Notes: generated from the letters alone by a model not told the origin. 64,000 nt of DNA from an uncultured virus (IMG/VR IMGVR_UViG_2811995274_000001) (IMGVR_UViG_2811995274_000001); one strand, 5' to 3'. Positions 20,765 to 32,700 are shown, counted from the first letter of the stretch. Made by a program: numbers and translations.

Positions 20765-22978
20765 TTAATACATTTGTTTGTTTTTTAAATCATAATAATG
20801 GTTACCTCTTTCTGGTTCATATCCAGAAAGGAATGGATAATAATCAATTGGATTTTGACTACTTCCCGCTAATGATTCTGGTCCTATTTCTAAATGTAAA
20901 TGTGGAGTATATGTTCCATCATGTCCATTGCCCCATCCGCCAACATAAGCAACAACATCGCCTTTAGCTACAGTAGCTCCTACATTTACAGCGTGTGATG
21001 CACAATGTAAATATTTACTATATATACCATTACCATGATCTATAATAACAGCGTTACAATCTACTGATCCCCAACCACTAGGATCTATGACTATACCATC
21101 TTGAATAGCATGTATAGGAGTTCCATGTGCACATTCTAAATCTATGCCATGATGCATTCCTTCTCCTCGATAACCAAATTTTGAAGTAAAGTATAAACCT
21201 TGAGATATTTCTTCATCTGTAAATGGAAAAGCTGCCCAATCGCCATCATACTCTGACGTTTTACAATAAGGTAATAAAGCACAATATAAATAACAAACTT
21301 GAGGAAAGAACGACATTATTGTATTTATATCTCCATTATTATTTGCTTTTGCATTAATAGATAATGGTTCAGCAAATTCTGTCCAATACCAAGTATCTCT
21401 ATTATCCCAATTTAAATGATATGTCTCTGTTGTTCCAGATGTACTTTTATTTTTATCATCATCATCGCTAGGTTTAACGACTTTATCTATTCTAGGAATA
21501 TCATTATATCCCATTATAGCGTTTATACCAGCCATATAAGCAGATATATTTAATGCTGGATTATCAACTCCAGTAACACCTTTAATATCTACCAACTTAG
21601 ATATTATAGAATTTATATCATCTTTAGAAATAAATGCGCAACAAGCTATTGCTAATGCATCTAATTCCTTTTGACCATTTATAGCAGTTCTTATTTCTTG
21701 TGCCCAACCACCTTTTATTTTATTAATCAGTTCATCATTAATACTTTTACTACTTTTTTGTCCAGTTGAAATCCAATTAGATAATTTAGTATTACAACTT
21801 TTATCCATTTCTTCTTTGTTCTTCTTAAATACATTTTGATATGCACTATTATTCACTATATTTGCCCCCATATTAGATTCATTTTGAGGAAATGAAGCAA
21901 GTCTTTTAAGATGAGAACCATCATCATTGATAGATTGTCTCCAATTTATGTGAGGTTTTTGTTGCTCTTTTGGAACTAAATCCCATTTCATTTGAATGCC
22001 ATTTCCCCATCTTGTTTTAAAATCTTTATCATTATAAGATTTTTCAATCTTAGTTGTAATAGTAGATAAATCTATACTAGCTTTTTCTGTTTCTGTATGA
22101 TAATTTTCTGAACGATTTTGTTCTATATAACTTTCCATATTTGTATAACTCATTTGATTATCGTCTAATATAGAAGCGACATTTGCTCCTAAATCATTTA
22201 ATAATTCATAACATTGCCCAAAAACAGGTTCGTATCTAGTACAATTAAGACATTGGTCAATTTGGACATTTTGTCCATCTTGAATTCTATTATCATTTAA
22301 ACATCTGATACATTTATATTTTTCAAAAGTTGTTTGTCCTCCATAATATACACAGTTTATTTGCATACGAGAACCAAGTCTAAATAAATATCTTGTTAAA
22401 GTAGCCATCATATTTTCTAATTTTATAATTCTTTTTTCTGCCGTATCTGATACTTTCATAGCAGCTTCAGCTGCTACTTGCCCCTCTACAGGAGTATCTA
22501 GTCTATATATTTTTATGTCTGGCTTATGTACTTCTAATTCTTCTATTTTTAAATCTACAGGAAAAGGATCTTCATTATTTGGCGGTTTTCCTGGATTTGG
22601 TGTTTTAATTTCTGTGTAATAGTTCGTAGGATCTAATAAGTGCTGTCTTTTTTTTATTTCTTCTGCATTACCTAACGCAGCATTTAAGTCTATACCGCCA
22701 ACTAATTCTTTTAAATTTTCATTGTTTAACTCAACAGAAGCATCACTACCAATTACTACACCTCTAGTTGTTTCATATCGTAGTAAATCTTCTTTTCTTT
22801 TTTTGTCTTCTTCTTCTTGCTTTTTCTTAGCTTCCTCTGCTAATTTATCGTATTCTGCTTTAGCTTTTGCTCTTTCATCTGGATCTAAATATAATTTTCC
22901 ATTAATTACCCAATCTGGGTGTTCTTTTTTTAATTCTTCTATTTCTTTTTCAGTTAAGTTTGTATTGTCAGTACTCAA
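20765..22978 (-). CDS. M23 peptidase-domain protein, probable virion-associated peptidoglycan hydrolase
   Basis: C-terminal HHGIDL, YLH, PHLHLEI; TTG start after AAGGAGG. Confidence 0.85.
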   Translation of the reverse strand: MSTDNTNLTEKEIEELKKEHPDWVINGKLYLDPDERAKAKAEYDKLAEEAKKKQEEEDKKRKEDLLRYETTRGVVIGSDASVELNNENLKELVGGIDLNAALGNAEEIKKRQHLLDPTNYYTEIKTPNPGKPPNNEDPFPVDLKIEELEVHKPDIKIYRLDTPVEGQVAAEAAMKVSDTAEKRIIKLENMMATLTRYLFRLGSRMQINCVYYGGQTTFEKYKCIRCLNDNRIQDGQNVQIDQCLNCTRYEPVFGQCYELLNDLGANVASILDDNQMSYTNMESYIEQNRSENYHTETEKASIDLSTITTKIEKSYNDKDFKTRWGNGIQMKWDLVPKEQQKPHINWRQSINDDGSHLKRLASFPQNESNMGANIVNNSAYQNVFKKNKEEMDKSCNTKLSNWISTGQKSSKSINDELINKIKGGWAQEIRTAINGQKELDALAIACCAFISKDDINSIISKLVDIKGVTGVDNPALNISAYMAGINAIMGYNDIPRIDKVVKPSDDDDKNKSTSGTTETYHLNWDNRDTWYWTEFAEPLSINAKANNNGDINTIMSFFPQVCYLYCALLPYCKTSEYDGDWAAFPFTDEEISQGLYFTSKFGYRGEGMHHGIDLECAHGTPIHAIQDGIVIDPSGWGSVDCNAVIIDHGNGIYSKYLHCASHAVNVGATVAKGDVVAYVGGWGNGHDGTYTPHLHLEIGPESLAGSSQNPIDYYPFLSGYEPERGNHYYDLKNKQMY

Positions 22979-23171
22979 TATACAACAGTTCCTCCTTGTT
23001 TTTTTATTTCAAAATAGTATACTAATATTGTATTCATATAATGAAAGAAGGTATTAAAATGATCATAATTAACAAAAGAAAAATTAATAAAATAAGTACA
23101 AATAGCTCATAGATGCCATATTGAATCAAAATAAAAAATGATAAAAGTTAAATAAAAAGGTATGGTAAGAT

Positions 23172-23306
23172 ATGGATTTTTTTGTTGGATTAATAATAGT
23201 ATGGTTAGCGTTATCACTTATAAGAGGACTTTTTGAAGCATCTTCTATGGGAGGTTGTGGATGCTTAATAACTTTAATTATTGCACTATTATTATTATTT
23301 GGATAA
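23172..23306 (+). CDS. 44-aa two-helix membrane peptide
   Basis: Not in the ORF track; MDFFVGLIIVWLALSLIRGLFEASSMGGCGCLITLIIALLLLFG; followed by a hairpin at 23315-23343. Confidence 0.6.
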   Translation: MDFFVGLIIVWLALSLIRGLFEASSMGGCGCLITLIIALLLLFG

Positions 23307-23314
23307 ACTTATTT

Positions 23315-23343
23315 CAACAGACACTATTTTTTAGTGTCTGTTG
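23315..23343. terminator. hairpin between convergent genes
   Basis: CAACAGACACTA/TAGTGTCTGTTG. Confidence 0.6.
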
Positions 23344-24136
23344 TTTTATCATTTGATTCATTATTTTTTTCTTGCTTATTATTATCTTCTATTTCTGTAT
23401 TTTGTTTTTGAACGGCAACATCTATAATCCATTGTGGAACCGTATCAGATACTGTTATAAGATCAGGATAAATAGGTTCAGCAAAAGTTTTATTTTCTGG
23501 AAGTTTAATAATTGTTACCATTTTTCCGTGACTAATTCTCTTAAAACCACTATCTGAAGATAATCCTGTTCCACTTAAAGATCCAGATCCAGCCGCAAGA
23601 GCCATTTTACTTATCCATGCTTCATCTATTTTTTGTCCAGCAAGTTCTGGATTATCATACTTAAATAAATCATATGTATTAATATGATTTATAACATCTT
23701 CTATATACTTAGGTACGTTATTTTCGCTAGATGGAGCATAAATAGGAATTAAAGTTTGAAGATAATTCATTTTATCTTCAGTTGTACTATCAGTTATTTT
23801 AGGTTTTAAAAATGATATTGCATTATCATAATACCCACTTTCGTGCATATTTCTATAATATAAATCAACAGCTTCTTCAAAATTTGAACAATATGCAAAT
23901 CTACTTCCACTACTATTTGGACCTACTACATTAAATATATTATAATTAATTTTTCCATCTGATTGTTTAAAGAAAATAGTATTTGGATCAAATCCACACT
24001 CTTTAATAGCTTGTGCCACGCATACTGAAGCTGGTAATTGTGGAGATATGTCATTTTGACATCTAGTAGCCGCTATACTCCCTATGACTTCTATGTATTT
24101 ATCTGGTGAAAAATTATCTGATGAAATATCTGCCAT
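23324..24136 (-). CDS. glucosaminidase/lysozyme-like (GH73-like) protein
   Basis: ASVCVAQAIKECG, YNIFNV, FAYCSNFEEAV, YAP. Confidence 0.65.
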   Translation of the reverse strand: MADISSDNFSPDKYIEVIGSIAATRCQNDISPQLPASVCVAQAIKECGFDPNTIFFKQSDGKINYNIFNVVGPNSSGSRFAYCSNFEEAVDLYYRNMHESGYYDNAISFLKPKITDSTTEDKMNYLQTLIPIYAPSSENNVPKYIEDVINHINTYDLFKYDNPELAGQKIDEAWISKMALAAGSGSLSGTGLSSDSGFKRISHGKMVTIIKLPENKTFAEPIYPDLITVSDTVPQWIIDVAVQKQNTEIEDNNKQEKNNESNDKTTDTKK

Positions 24137-24459
24137 TATTTATTGTCATACTCCTTTTGATAATTTTCTGCTTCTTGTCCTAAGATTGGCATATTTAACA
24201 TAGTAGATTGTAGATATTCTTGTTCTGCTTTTTGTAACTGATCTTGATATTCTTTTTGGCTTTTTGCATTATTTAATATTGTGTAATCAAATTGATTTTC
24301 TTTACGTTGTTTTTTCATATTATTATAATATCTAGCACCTATTATAATAGAAGGATCATCCATATCTTGATAATAAAAATCTCCATACATTAATATTTCT
24401 CCAGAAGCTTTACATTTCATAAAGTCTGTAGGACAAGTTATTCTTTTAAGTTGTAACAT
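24136..24459 (-). CDS. hypothetical protein
   Basis: 107 aa, GAGGTG RBS, coupled to the next gene. Confidence 0.7.
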   Translation of the reverse strand: MLQLKRITCPTDFMKCKASGEILMYGDFYYQDMDDPSIIIGARYYNNMKKQRKENQFDYTILNNAKSQKEYQDQLQKAEQEYLQSTMLNMPILGQEAENYQKEYDNK

Positions 24460-24516
24460 TTTATATTAGCACCTCTATGTATAGCTATTAATATTTGATA
24501 TTAATAGCTTAAAAAA

Positions 24517-24909
24517 TTATATTTTAGTTGGCCAGTATAGCCCATTTTCTGGTATTTCTTGCCAATTATAAGATAAATTATCCTTTCCATAGAATAAATC
24601 ATTAATCATACGATTATACGCTGGATAAGACTTATATTCTAATAAGACAAAATCTTTATTATCTAATAAGGTAATACCATTATTTTTATCGTATTTACAT
24701 TGCATTAATTTTATAGATATATTGTTAAATTTCTTACATTCATCTTTCTTTATATCATCTATCGCTATAGTAACTGAATCGTTAAAGATTTTAAGTGCTT
24801 CATTATAGTTATCACCAATATACATATATTCTTTTTTTAAGTATGGTCTTATTTCATTATATGAATCTAAACTATATGAATCTTTTAATCTCATTACTAC
24901 ATAATTCAT
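24517..24909 (-). CDS. hypothetical protein
   Basis: 130-aa ORF with a GAGG RBS. Confidence 0.65.
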   Translation of the reverse strand: MNYVVMRLKDSYSLDSYNEIRPYLKKEYMYIGDNYNEALKIFNDSVTIAIDDIKKDECKKFNNISIKLMQCKYDKNNGITLLDNKDFVLLEYKSYPAYNRMINDLFYGKDNLSYNWQEIPENGLYWPTKI

Positions 24910-24915
24910 TTTTCA

Positions 24916-25182
24916 TTATCCTCTTAATAAATCTTTTTTATTATATAATATATTAATATTTTGATTTCTATCTGTTTTAAATATTATCTCTAATGAGTTA
25001 ACATCTTTAATTCTAACTCTAACAGATATAATATTTAAATTATTATAATTTGTATGAACAAAAAAGGTTCTCAATTTTTTATTAAGAGAGCTAATAGACG
25101 TTGAACGTTCAAATGTAACTAATGCATTCAAAATTTCTTTTTTTAATAAAACAATTTGTTTATAATAATCTAATACATTCAT
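24916..25182 (-). CDS. hypothetical protein
   Basis: 88 aa, AAGGAG RBS. Confidence 0.6.
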   Translation of the reverse strand: MNVLDYYKQIVLLKKEILNALVTFERSTSISSLNKKLRTFFVHTNYNNLNIISVRVRIKDVNSLEIIFKTDRNQNINILYNKKDLLRG

Positions 25183-25217
25183 ATACTATATATCTCCTTT
25201 ATTTAAAGCAGGACATT

Positions 25218-28200
25218 TTATCCTGCTTTAAATAATAAAATAGGATTATTTAGAATTTTTAATTCTAAACCATCAATCTTACTGATTATTTTCTTTTTAT
25301 TGATTTTCTTAGGATCTATAAAACATGAATAAGATATTTTATTCATATTATTATAACTTGTATTTTTTTGATATTCTTTTTTAGGCTCGATAGTACTATT
25401 TACAGATATCTTTTTGAATACATTTATATCTACAGTATCTTTTATTCCTTCCGCTACACTAGATGCAATTTGACTAAAAATATCTTCATTATTAGACAAA
25501 GCATTTAATCCTTCTTCACTAAATTTTCCTTCTATTGCCATAGAAGCTTGTAGTTTAGTTGCCATTAACGATAATGCTTGTTCTTGTATGGTCTTTTTGT
25601 AATATAAGAAATAAACTTCTACATCTTTAGTTTGAGATAATCTCCAACTTCTTCTAGATGCTTGACGCATAGTATATAAATTATATCCCATTTGATAATA
25701 AATAATAGTAGTAAAATCTAATAAATCTAATCCGGTTTCTATTAGAGTTGGATTACATATTAAAACATCAATGTTTTCATTTAATTGTTTTTTAATCCAT
25801 TCTTCTCTAATTTCTGCTTTTACAGATGATTTTAATACAGCTGTTTTGATACCTTCTGATTCTAGTAAAGCAGGTAATTTTGTATCTAAATCTGTTTTAT
25901 TAGTCCAATGATAATAAACTAATACTTTTTCTCCGGCTTCTTTTTTTCTTTTAACTAGTTCTAACAAACGTGCTTCTTTGTTTCTTAACACCGAACCATC
26001 TAATGAAGGTGGTTCAACGATTACCTCTCCTGTATCTGGATGAATTACATTTGATACATTATAAGGCATATCTGGGTATATAGATAATGTTTGTATTAAC
26101 TGTCCCATTATTTTAAGATTAAAACCGCCTTTTATATTACCTTGAACTTCTGTCTCTAATAAATTATAAGCACTTCTTAAATCGTCATCCATTTCTATAG
26201 GAACAGGAATTTCTGTATAAGCTGGTAATCCACTAGAAATATCTTCTTGACTAATGAATGCAGCATTTTCTAACAAAAATTTAGTAAATACTAATGGAGA
26301 TACTCCTGGTAATGCTTTTACTTTTGTTACTCCAAATTTATCTTTTTGTATACCGTTTTCCCATTTATATTTACTAGTTTTTTTAATAACACCATATTCA
26401 GTAGTAAATTTATCATCATCTGTATATAGAAAATCTTCTTTCTTCATTAATTTTGGAAAAGTTCTATATAAAATATAAAATAAACCAGAAGCATATCCGT
26501 TCAACAATGTTCCTGTTAATCCTATAACTTTATTAGCTGCAAATGCTAAATCACCGAAAGCTTCTCCTTGTGCACTATCAGCTCCCTTTAACTGATGCAT
26601 TTCATCTGCTATAAAATAATCAATATAATTTTTTAAATATTTTCTTATATATTTAGCAATAGGATATTTTTTAGGTGCTTTTTGAATCGGATATTCATTA
26701 TCTAATGTATCATTAATAGCCTTTAACAATTCACGTTCATTTCTACTAAGCATATTTTTATTATCTAATTTATTCTTTAATTGATTAATTAGCTTTTTCT
26801 CTACCCAGCCTTGTTTACCTAATTTAACCCAATCAAACAAAGAATCTTTTATACATGGTTCCCATAATTTAGCATTACATTCAACTTCTTCATAGGCGCC
26901 TTTAATGTTATTAAATTTTTTTATTTTATTCATACAAACATTATTCTCAAATGTATGCTTTAAAAAACTTGATTCGTTAAAGAATTCTATTTTTCTTACA
27001 CGATTTCTGCCTCTTCCTTCATACTTATAATTAAATAATGGTTTGCCACATTCTGGACATATATATCCTTTTTTTGCATAAGACCATATAGCAGAAGGCC
27101 TTTCTTCGTATCCAAATTTAGCAGACTCTTTACTTAATATTAACCATATATTTTTTTTATATTTTTTCTGCTTAATCTTTGGAACAATTGCTAATAGATC
27201 TTTAAGATTAGAAATAATATATGCTTCTGACAATGGAGCAGATAACTCTATTTCTTTTTTCCATTTGTTTACTAAATGAGCTGGACACATTATTATATTT
27301 GTCATTTTCTTTTTATTTTTATTGTTTACCATTACAACTCCTGTGCCCATAACAGTTTTACCAGTTCCACAGCTTCCAATAATAAAAGCAGCATTTTTAT
27401 CGTCCAAACAATTGCTAACAGCTTGAATTACATCTTTTTGTGCAGGATATAATTTTATCTTTCTCTTATAAGAAACATAATCTATAAAGTCTAACAATTC
27501 TTGACTATAATTATTTTGATTTGGTATGAATCTAGGAATAAAACTATTTTGTACTTTTTCTGCTAATACATCAGAGAACGTATTCAAATATCCATCTAAG
27601 CCTTCAATAGCTTTCATTGAATCTGAAGGAGTAAGTGATAAATTTTTATCTATATAAATATCATGATTTTTTAAACCAGAAGATATGATTTCTATTAAAG
27701 ATGGAATAGGCACATTTATTACATATCCGATTAAAGTATAATCATCATTATTTTCTTGTTCCATTTCAAAATTAAGTGTTGAAATATAACGCTTTTTAAA
27801 TAATTGATAAGTAATATATTCTGTCCATTCTTTTAATATAGGTAAAGAAGAGTTGTTATAAATTTTATTAAAAATACTATTCAATAAGTCTTCTGGGAAA
27901 ACAAAACTATCAATATCTCTATAAGCATCATTATCATATCCAGGATATAATGATAAATTCTCTTTACTTATTTCTCTATATATATAACCATTATAGTTTT
28001 CTACACCACTACTATCTACATACACCTTATCTTTTTTAAAAATAATAGTATGATTAAAGTCACTGTCAGGAACTTTAGTAGTATAAATATTATAATCATC
28101 TGGATAACTAGTAAAATATCTACCGTGTACATTAAAAGTACATTTTTTTTTCTTTAATAGTTTCAGCATATTTTTTGTTTGTTGAATATATCCAAAAATA

Positions 28201-28283
28201 GAAGCATAACATACTCCTGAATTATACGAAGCAGAAACTATATTTGCATGCATATCTTTTATATCATCTATTTCAAAATACAA
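25218..28283 (-). CDS. large SF2/SNF2-like helicase
   Basis: GSCGTGKT, ADEMH, LTGT, ETGLDL, RQASRRSWRL; internal CPEC zinc ribbon. Confidence 0.88.
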   Translation of the reverse strand: MYFEIDDIKDMHANIVSASYNSGVCYASIFGYIQQTKNMLKLLKKKKCTFNVHGRYFTSYPDDYNIYTTKVPDSDFNHTIIFKKDKVYVDSSGVENYNGYIYREISKENLSLYPGYDNDAYRDIDSFVFPEDLLNSIFNKIYNNSSLPILKEWTEYITYQLFKKRYISTLNFEMEQENNDDYTLIGYVINVPIPSLIEIISSGLKNHDIYIDKNLSLTPSDSMKAIEGLDGYLNTFSDVLAEKVQNSFIPRFIPNQNNYSQELLDFIDYVSYKRKIKLYPAQKDVIQAVSNCLDDKNAAFIIGSCGTGKTVMGTGVVMVNNKNKKKMTNIIMCPAHLVNKWKKEIELSAPLSEAYIISNLKDLLAIVPKIKQKKYKKNIWLILSKESAKFGYEERPSAIWSYAKKGYICPECGKPLFNYKYEGRGRNRVRKIEFFNESSFLKHTFENNVCMNKIKKFNNIKGAYEEVECNAKLWEPCIKDSLFDWVKLGKQGWVEKKLINQLKNKLDNKNMLSRNERELLKAINDTLDNEYPIQKAPKKYPIAKYIRKYLKNYIDYFIADEMHQLKGADSAQGEAFGDLAFAANKVIGLTGTLLNGYASGLFYILYRTFPKLMKKEDFLYTDDDKFTTEYGVIKKTSKYKWENGIQKDKFGVTKVKALPGVSPLVFTKFLLENAAFISQEDISSGLPAYTEIPVPIEMDDDLRSAYNLLETEVQGNIKGGFNLKIMGQLIQTLSIYPDMPYNVSNVIHPDTGEVIVEPPSLDGSVLRNKEARLLELVKRKKEAGEKVLVYYHWTNKTDLDTKLPALLESEGIKTAVLKSSVKAEIREEWIKKQLNENIDVLICNPTLIETGLDLLDFTTIIYYQMGYNLYTMRQASRRSWRLSQTKDVEVYFLYYKKTIQEQALSLMATKLQASMAIEGKFSEEGLNALSNNEDIFSQIASSVAEGIKDTVDINVFKKISVNSTIEPKKEYQKNTSYNNMNKISYSCFIDPKKINKKKIISKIDGLELKILNNPILLFKAG

Positions 28284-28298
28284 TAAAATACAACTCCT

Positions 28299-29690
28299 TT
28301 ACGCTAATTTTTTAAAAGTTCCATCTGGTAAAAAAGCATTTATTTCTACTCTATTTGATGTAATTTCTGTAACTTCTATTGTTTCATTAATAGCTTCAAT
28401 GTTGTCATTATTCTCGGTTCTTTTAACAGTTCTACCTTTTACTACATGACAATGTTCGTTATCTTCTACTATGACTCCATCTAAAAAACCAGATGTCAAA
28501 ACTAGTCCTAATTGTCCAGCATTAAAAGGTAATAATGGAATTTTATTATTGTTGTTTGACATGTTTTCATTTTGTTGTTCCCAAAACATTTTAGTTGCAG
28601 TTGATTTTTTATACAAAGACATCAATTCAGATTTTCCAATAATACTACCTCTAAACTGTTTTAAATCTATTTCGTTTCTAGGTAATACTATACTTAAGTC
28701 CATTGTAGAAGATAAATTTACTGTAATTGAATCTATATTATATCTAAGATTATTATAAAGTTGTTGATCAATTTCTTCTTCTTTATTAGCTCTCTTTTTA
28801 GCCAATATATAAACATCATATAATCTATTAGTATTATTTGGATTAATAACTTTAATATCATAGAAGTTTTTTACTAATAATAAACATAAATCTTTATACA
28901 ATTTAAATTTAGGAATATTTAACAATAAATATCCATCTTTTCTTAAATATTGAATTGCTCTTGTTAAATACTCTTTTTCTTCTCTTTTTGCATTAAAGTT
29001 ATAATAATCTTTCTTTTCTTTAGAAAAATTAGTAGAATAAAATACAAAATCAAATGTTCCATTACTAATAATTGAACCAGTTAAAGGACCATATATTATT
29101 CTTTTATAATTATATTTATATATTGTATCAATACTTTCTTTGATATCTACACCATAAAGTTCATAACAATCTTCAAAAAAACATTGTTTAAAATTATCAC
29201 TGCTTAATCCAATTTTAGCATTTAAATGTAATACTTTAATACTTCTATTTTGACTACTCATTCCATTACGTATTGATTCAAATATTTCCTTTTTAAAACA
29301 ATCGTATTCTTTTGTTCTACTTTCTGCATAATTTTCGCTATAATCTCCTTCATAAGCGTCTTCAAAATCTTTAAGAATAATGTTTTTAGTAATTTGATTA
29401 CAAGTTTGTACAACATTGTAAAACTCCTTTACATCTTTTGCATTTAATAGTTCCTTTTTTACTATTTCCAATAATGATAAAAAAGGAATTGCTTTATTAT
29501 AATAATAACTATCCATAACGCAATATTCTTGTAAAGCATAACAAATATCGCAATATGTCTCTTTTATATTGGCCGTATGCAATGTAAATTTAAAATCTTT
29601 TTTAGGATTTTCTATTTGTTTTTTAAAAACTTTTTCTAAATATTCTAATCTACTTATACTATCTCTTAAATAATAATAACAATAAAGCAT
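28299..29690 (-). CDS. DUF6094-like class I SAM methyltransferase-fold protein, degenerate
   Basis: Rossmann pattern (ELYGVDI, FDFVF, YLRKDGYLLLNIP) and C-terminal PLLPFNAGQLGLVLTSGFLDG..HVVKG; start at 29690 after AGGAG. Confidence 0.6.
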   Translation of the reverse strand: MLYCYYYLRDSISRLEYLEKVFKKQIENPKKDFKFTLHTANIKETYCDICYALQEYCVMDSYYYNKAIPFLSLLEIVKKELLNAKDVKEFYNVVQTCNQITKNIILKDFEDAYEGDYSENYAESRTKEYDCFKKEIFESIRNGMSSQNRSIKVLHLNAKIGLSSDNFKQCFFEDCYELYGVDIKESIDTIYKYNYKRIIYGPLTGSIISNGTFDFVFYSTNFSKEKKDYYNFNAKREEKEYLTRAIQYLRKDGYLLLNIPKFKLYKDLCLLLVKNFYDIKVINPNNTNRLYDVYILAKKRANKEEEIDQQLYNNLRYNIDSITVNLSSTMDLSIVLPRNEIDLKQFRGSIIGKSELMSLYKKSTATKMFWEQQNENMSNNNNKIPLLPFNAGQLGLVLTSGFLDGVIVEDNEHCHVVKGRTVKRTENNDNIEAINETIEVTEITSNRVEINAFLPDGTFKKLA

Positions 29691-29715
29691 ATTAATTTCT
29701 CCTATTATATTAATA

Positions 29716-32700
29716 TTATGCACATTTTTCTATTTCTTGTAGATAACAATCATTATTATTTTTAATTGCTATTATTTTATACATTTTATTTTTTCTAATA
29801 CCATTAATTATTTTAGAGTTTCTTTTATAAGTATTGTTCATTATTTTACATGAAATGGTTCCATTACCAGTAGTTAATAATAATGTACCATTTTTATCTA
29901 ATTTAGGTTTAGTTACTTTTTGGATAAATACATTATCTATTTTAAATGTTTGTTTTTCTTTCATTGATAACCAATTTATACTTTCTAAATTATTAGATAT
30001 ACTATAAATAAAGTTTTCTCCTAATAAAAGTTTTTCTATAGCTTCATAATTATTTGGATCCATGAGATAATTAATAGATAATTCTTTTCCAGCTATTTTA
30101 GCATAACCTATATCGCTATTCTTTTTATAGAATAAATCTAATCTTGTTTCATCATCTTTTAATAAAGAATCTAATATGCCAGAAAAAATAGATACATTGA
30201 TGCAATTTTTATTAAAAGATTTAGCTTCTGTACGTTCTAATAAATCATCAAAATCCTTAAAAGGTCGTAGTTCTTTTAAATGATTAAAGGCTTTTTCGCC
30301 TAATCCCTTAATAGCACATAATCCTATTCTGATTTTATTATCTTCTACAGAAAACTCCCAATCAGATTTATTAATATCTGGCGGTAAAAATTTAATTCCT
30401 AAAAATCTACATTCTTCTAGTATATCCTTATACAATTCTTTATTTTTATCATTTTTTACTTTAACAAAAGCATTACTTAAGATATTTTTCATGTAATATA
30501 ATGGATAATGGCATTTTAAATAAGCAGAACAATAAGATATAAAAGCATATGATACAGCATGTGCTCTATTAAAACTATATTCTCCACTCTTTTCTAGTAT
30601 GTGAAATATCTTTTCTGCTTTAACAGTACTTATATTTTTTTGTTTAGCTTTTAGTATAAACTCTTCTTTATATTCTTTTAGTTTATCTATTTTTTTCTTA
30701 GCAGCAGCTTTAATAAACTTATAACCTGTACTTAAATCAAAACCAAAATTAACAAAAATATTCATAATTTGTTCTTGAAATACAGGTATTCCTAAAGTAT
30801 CTTCTGTTGGATTATTATATTCATCACAAATATATTCTATTTTATCTTTTCCTTCTAATATACGCATATATTTTTCATCTAGTTTTGTGGATATACAAGG
30901 TCCTCTAATTAATGCTAAACAAGCGGCTAATTCTTGTATTGTTTTTGGTTTTAACCTAAACATTCTGTCCTTATAAACTTTACTAGATATTTGAAATATA
31001 CCTGTTGTATGTTTTGAACTAATCATATTCCATACTTTTTTATCGTTTAATAATTCATCACTTTCAAAATCAAAAAAAGTTCCTATTTCTTTTTCTGTAT
31101 TATGAATTATTTCTATATATGATAATCCTAAAAAATCAAACTTTACAAAGCTTTTTTCTGCTCCATCTAAATTTAATGACGTAGCTAAAATACCTTCTTT
31201 ATTAGGTTTTATTAACGGTATTTTATTTGTTAAAGAAATCGGACTAATAATTGCACCAGCAGCATGAACGCCAACAGAAGAAGGTAAATCTTCTATACTT
31301 ATAGCTAGTTTAAATAAATCTGGATATTGTTTTTCATAATCAGATAAAGTTTTATTAACTCTTAAGCTAGTTTTTATATCTAAATCTATCATTTTTTCGT
31401 CATTATCACCATAGTATACAGTTGGTACGTTTTGAGAAATTTCATTGCATATCTTAGGTTCTATACCTAATAATCTTCCAGCATCTTTAATTGATTTTCT
31501 GGCTTTTCTAATTTGAAATGTACCTACTAAAGCACAATGATCATATCCATATTTATTTACTATATATTTAAACATATTATCTCTTTTAGATGGAGAAAAA
31601 TCTACATCTATGTCAGGAATAGCGGCTCTATTAGCATCTAAAAAACGTTCAAATAATAAATTATATTTTATTGGATCTGGTTTAGATATTCCCAATAAAT
31701 AACTAACTAAACTTCCAGCTGCTGAACCACGTCCAGGGCCTACTGCTATATCATTTTTTTTTGCCCAATTTATATAATCTCTAACTATTAAAAAGTATCC
31801 ACTAAAACCTAAATTGTTAATAACATTTAATTCTTTTTCTAATCTTTTTACATATATAAAAGGATTAGTTTTATTTTGAATAATATTATTTAATCTTTTA
31901 TAACATAGATTATACAACAATTCGTCTTGATTGTCTTCAATATATTTTGGCATATATATATTATTATCTACTTTATATGAACATTTTTTTGATACTTTAA
32001 TAGTATTTTCTATTGCTTCATTTATTATATCGTCAGATACAAACTTTGTTCTTTTAAATGATTCAAATATATTTTTTCTATCCATAAACCAATAACAATC
32101 ATCTGGATATATCATTTTATTTTCTAAAAATAATGTCTCTTGTTTTCTTCCTAGTAACACATGAGCATTGTGAGCTATTGAATCTTCTTTATTTAAATAG
32201 TGAATATCATTAGTTACTATTAATTCAGTATTAGTTAATTTAGATAATTTAACTAATGCATCGTTTACTATAATTTGTTCATCAAATTCTCCCGGTTGTA
32301 TTTCTAAATAAAAATCATCAAAAATTTTTTTATATTGTTGTATCATTTGAATTGCTTTTTTAAAATCATTATGCAAGATCGCATTTGGTATTCTACCTGC
32401 AACACATGCACTTAAAGCAATAATACCTTTACCGTATTTTTTTAAAATATTATAATCTACTCGTGGTTTATAATAAAATCCTTCTGTAGATGCTATGTTA
32501 TGAATCATTAATAAATTAGATATTCCTTCTTCTGTTTTTGCCAACAAAACAAGATGATATCTAGTATTATGCTCTTTATCTTTTATTGAAATATCCTCTG
32601 TCTCGTATACTTCCATGCCTATTATTGGTTTAATATTATTTTGATTACATTCAGAAATAAAGTCAAACATGGCACTTAAGCTTCCATGATCTGTAATTGT

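Noticed and set aside
23059..23112. 17-codon ORF MIIINKRKINKISTNSS with an RBS-like GAAGG
   Set aside because: Too short and low in complexity to support
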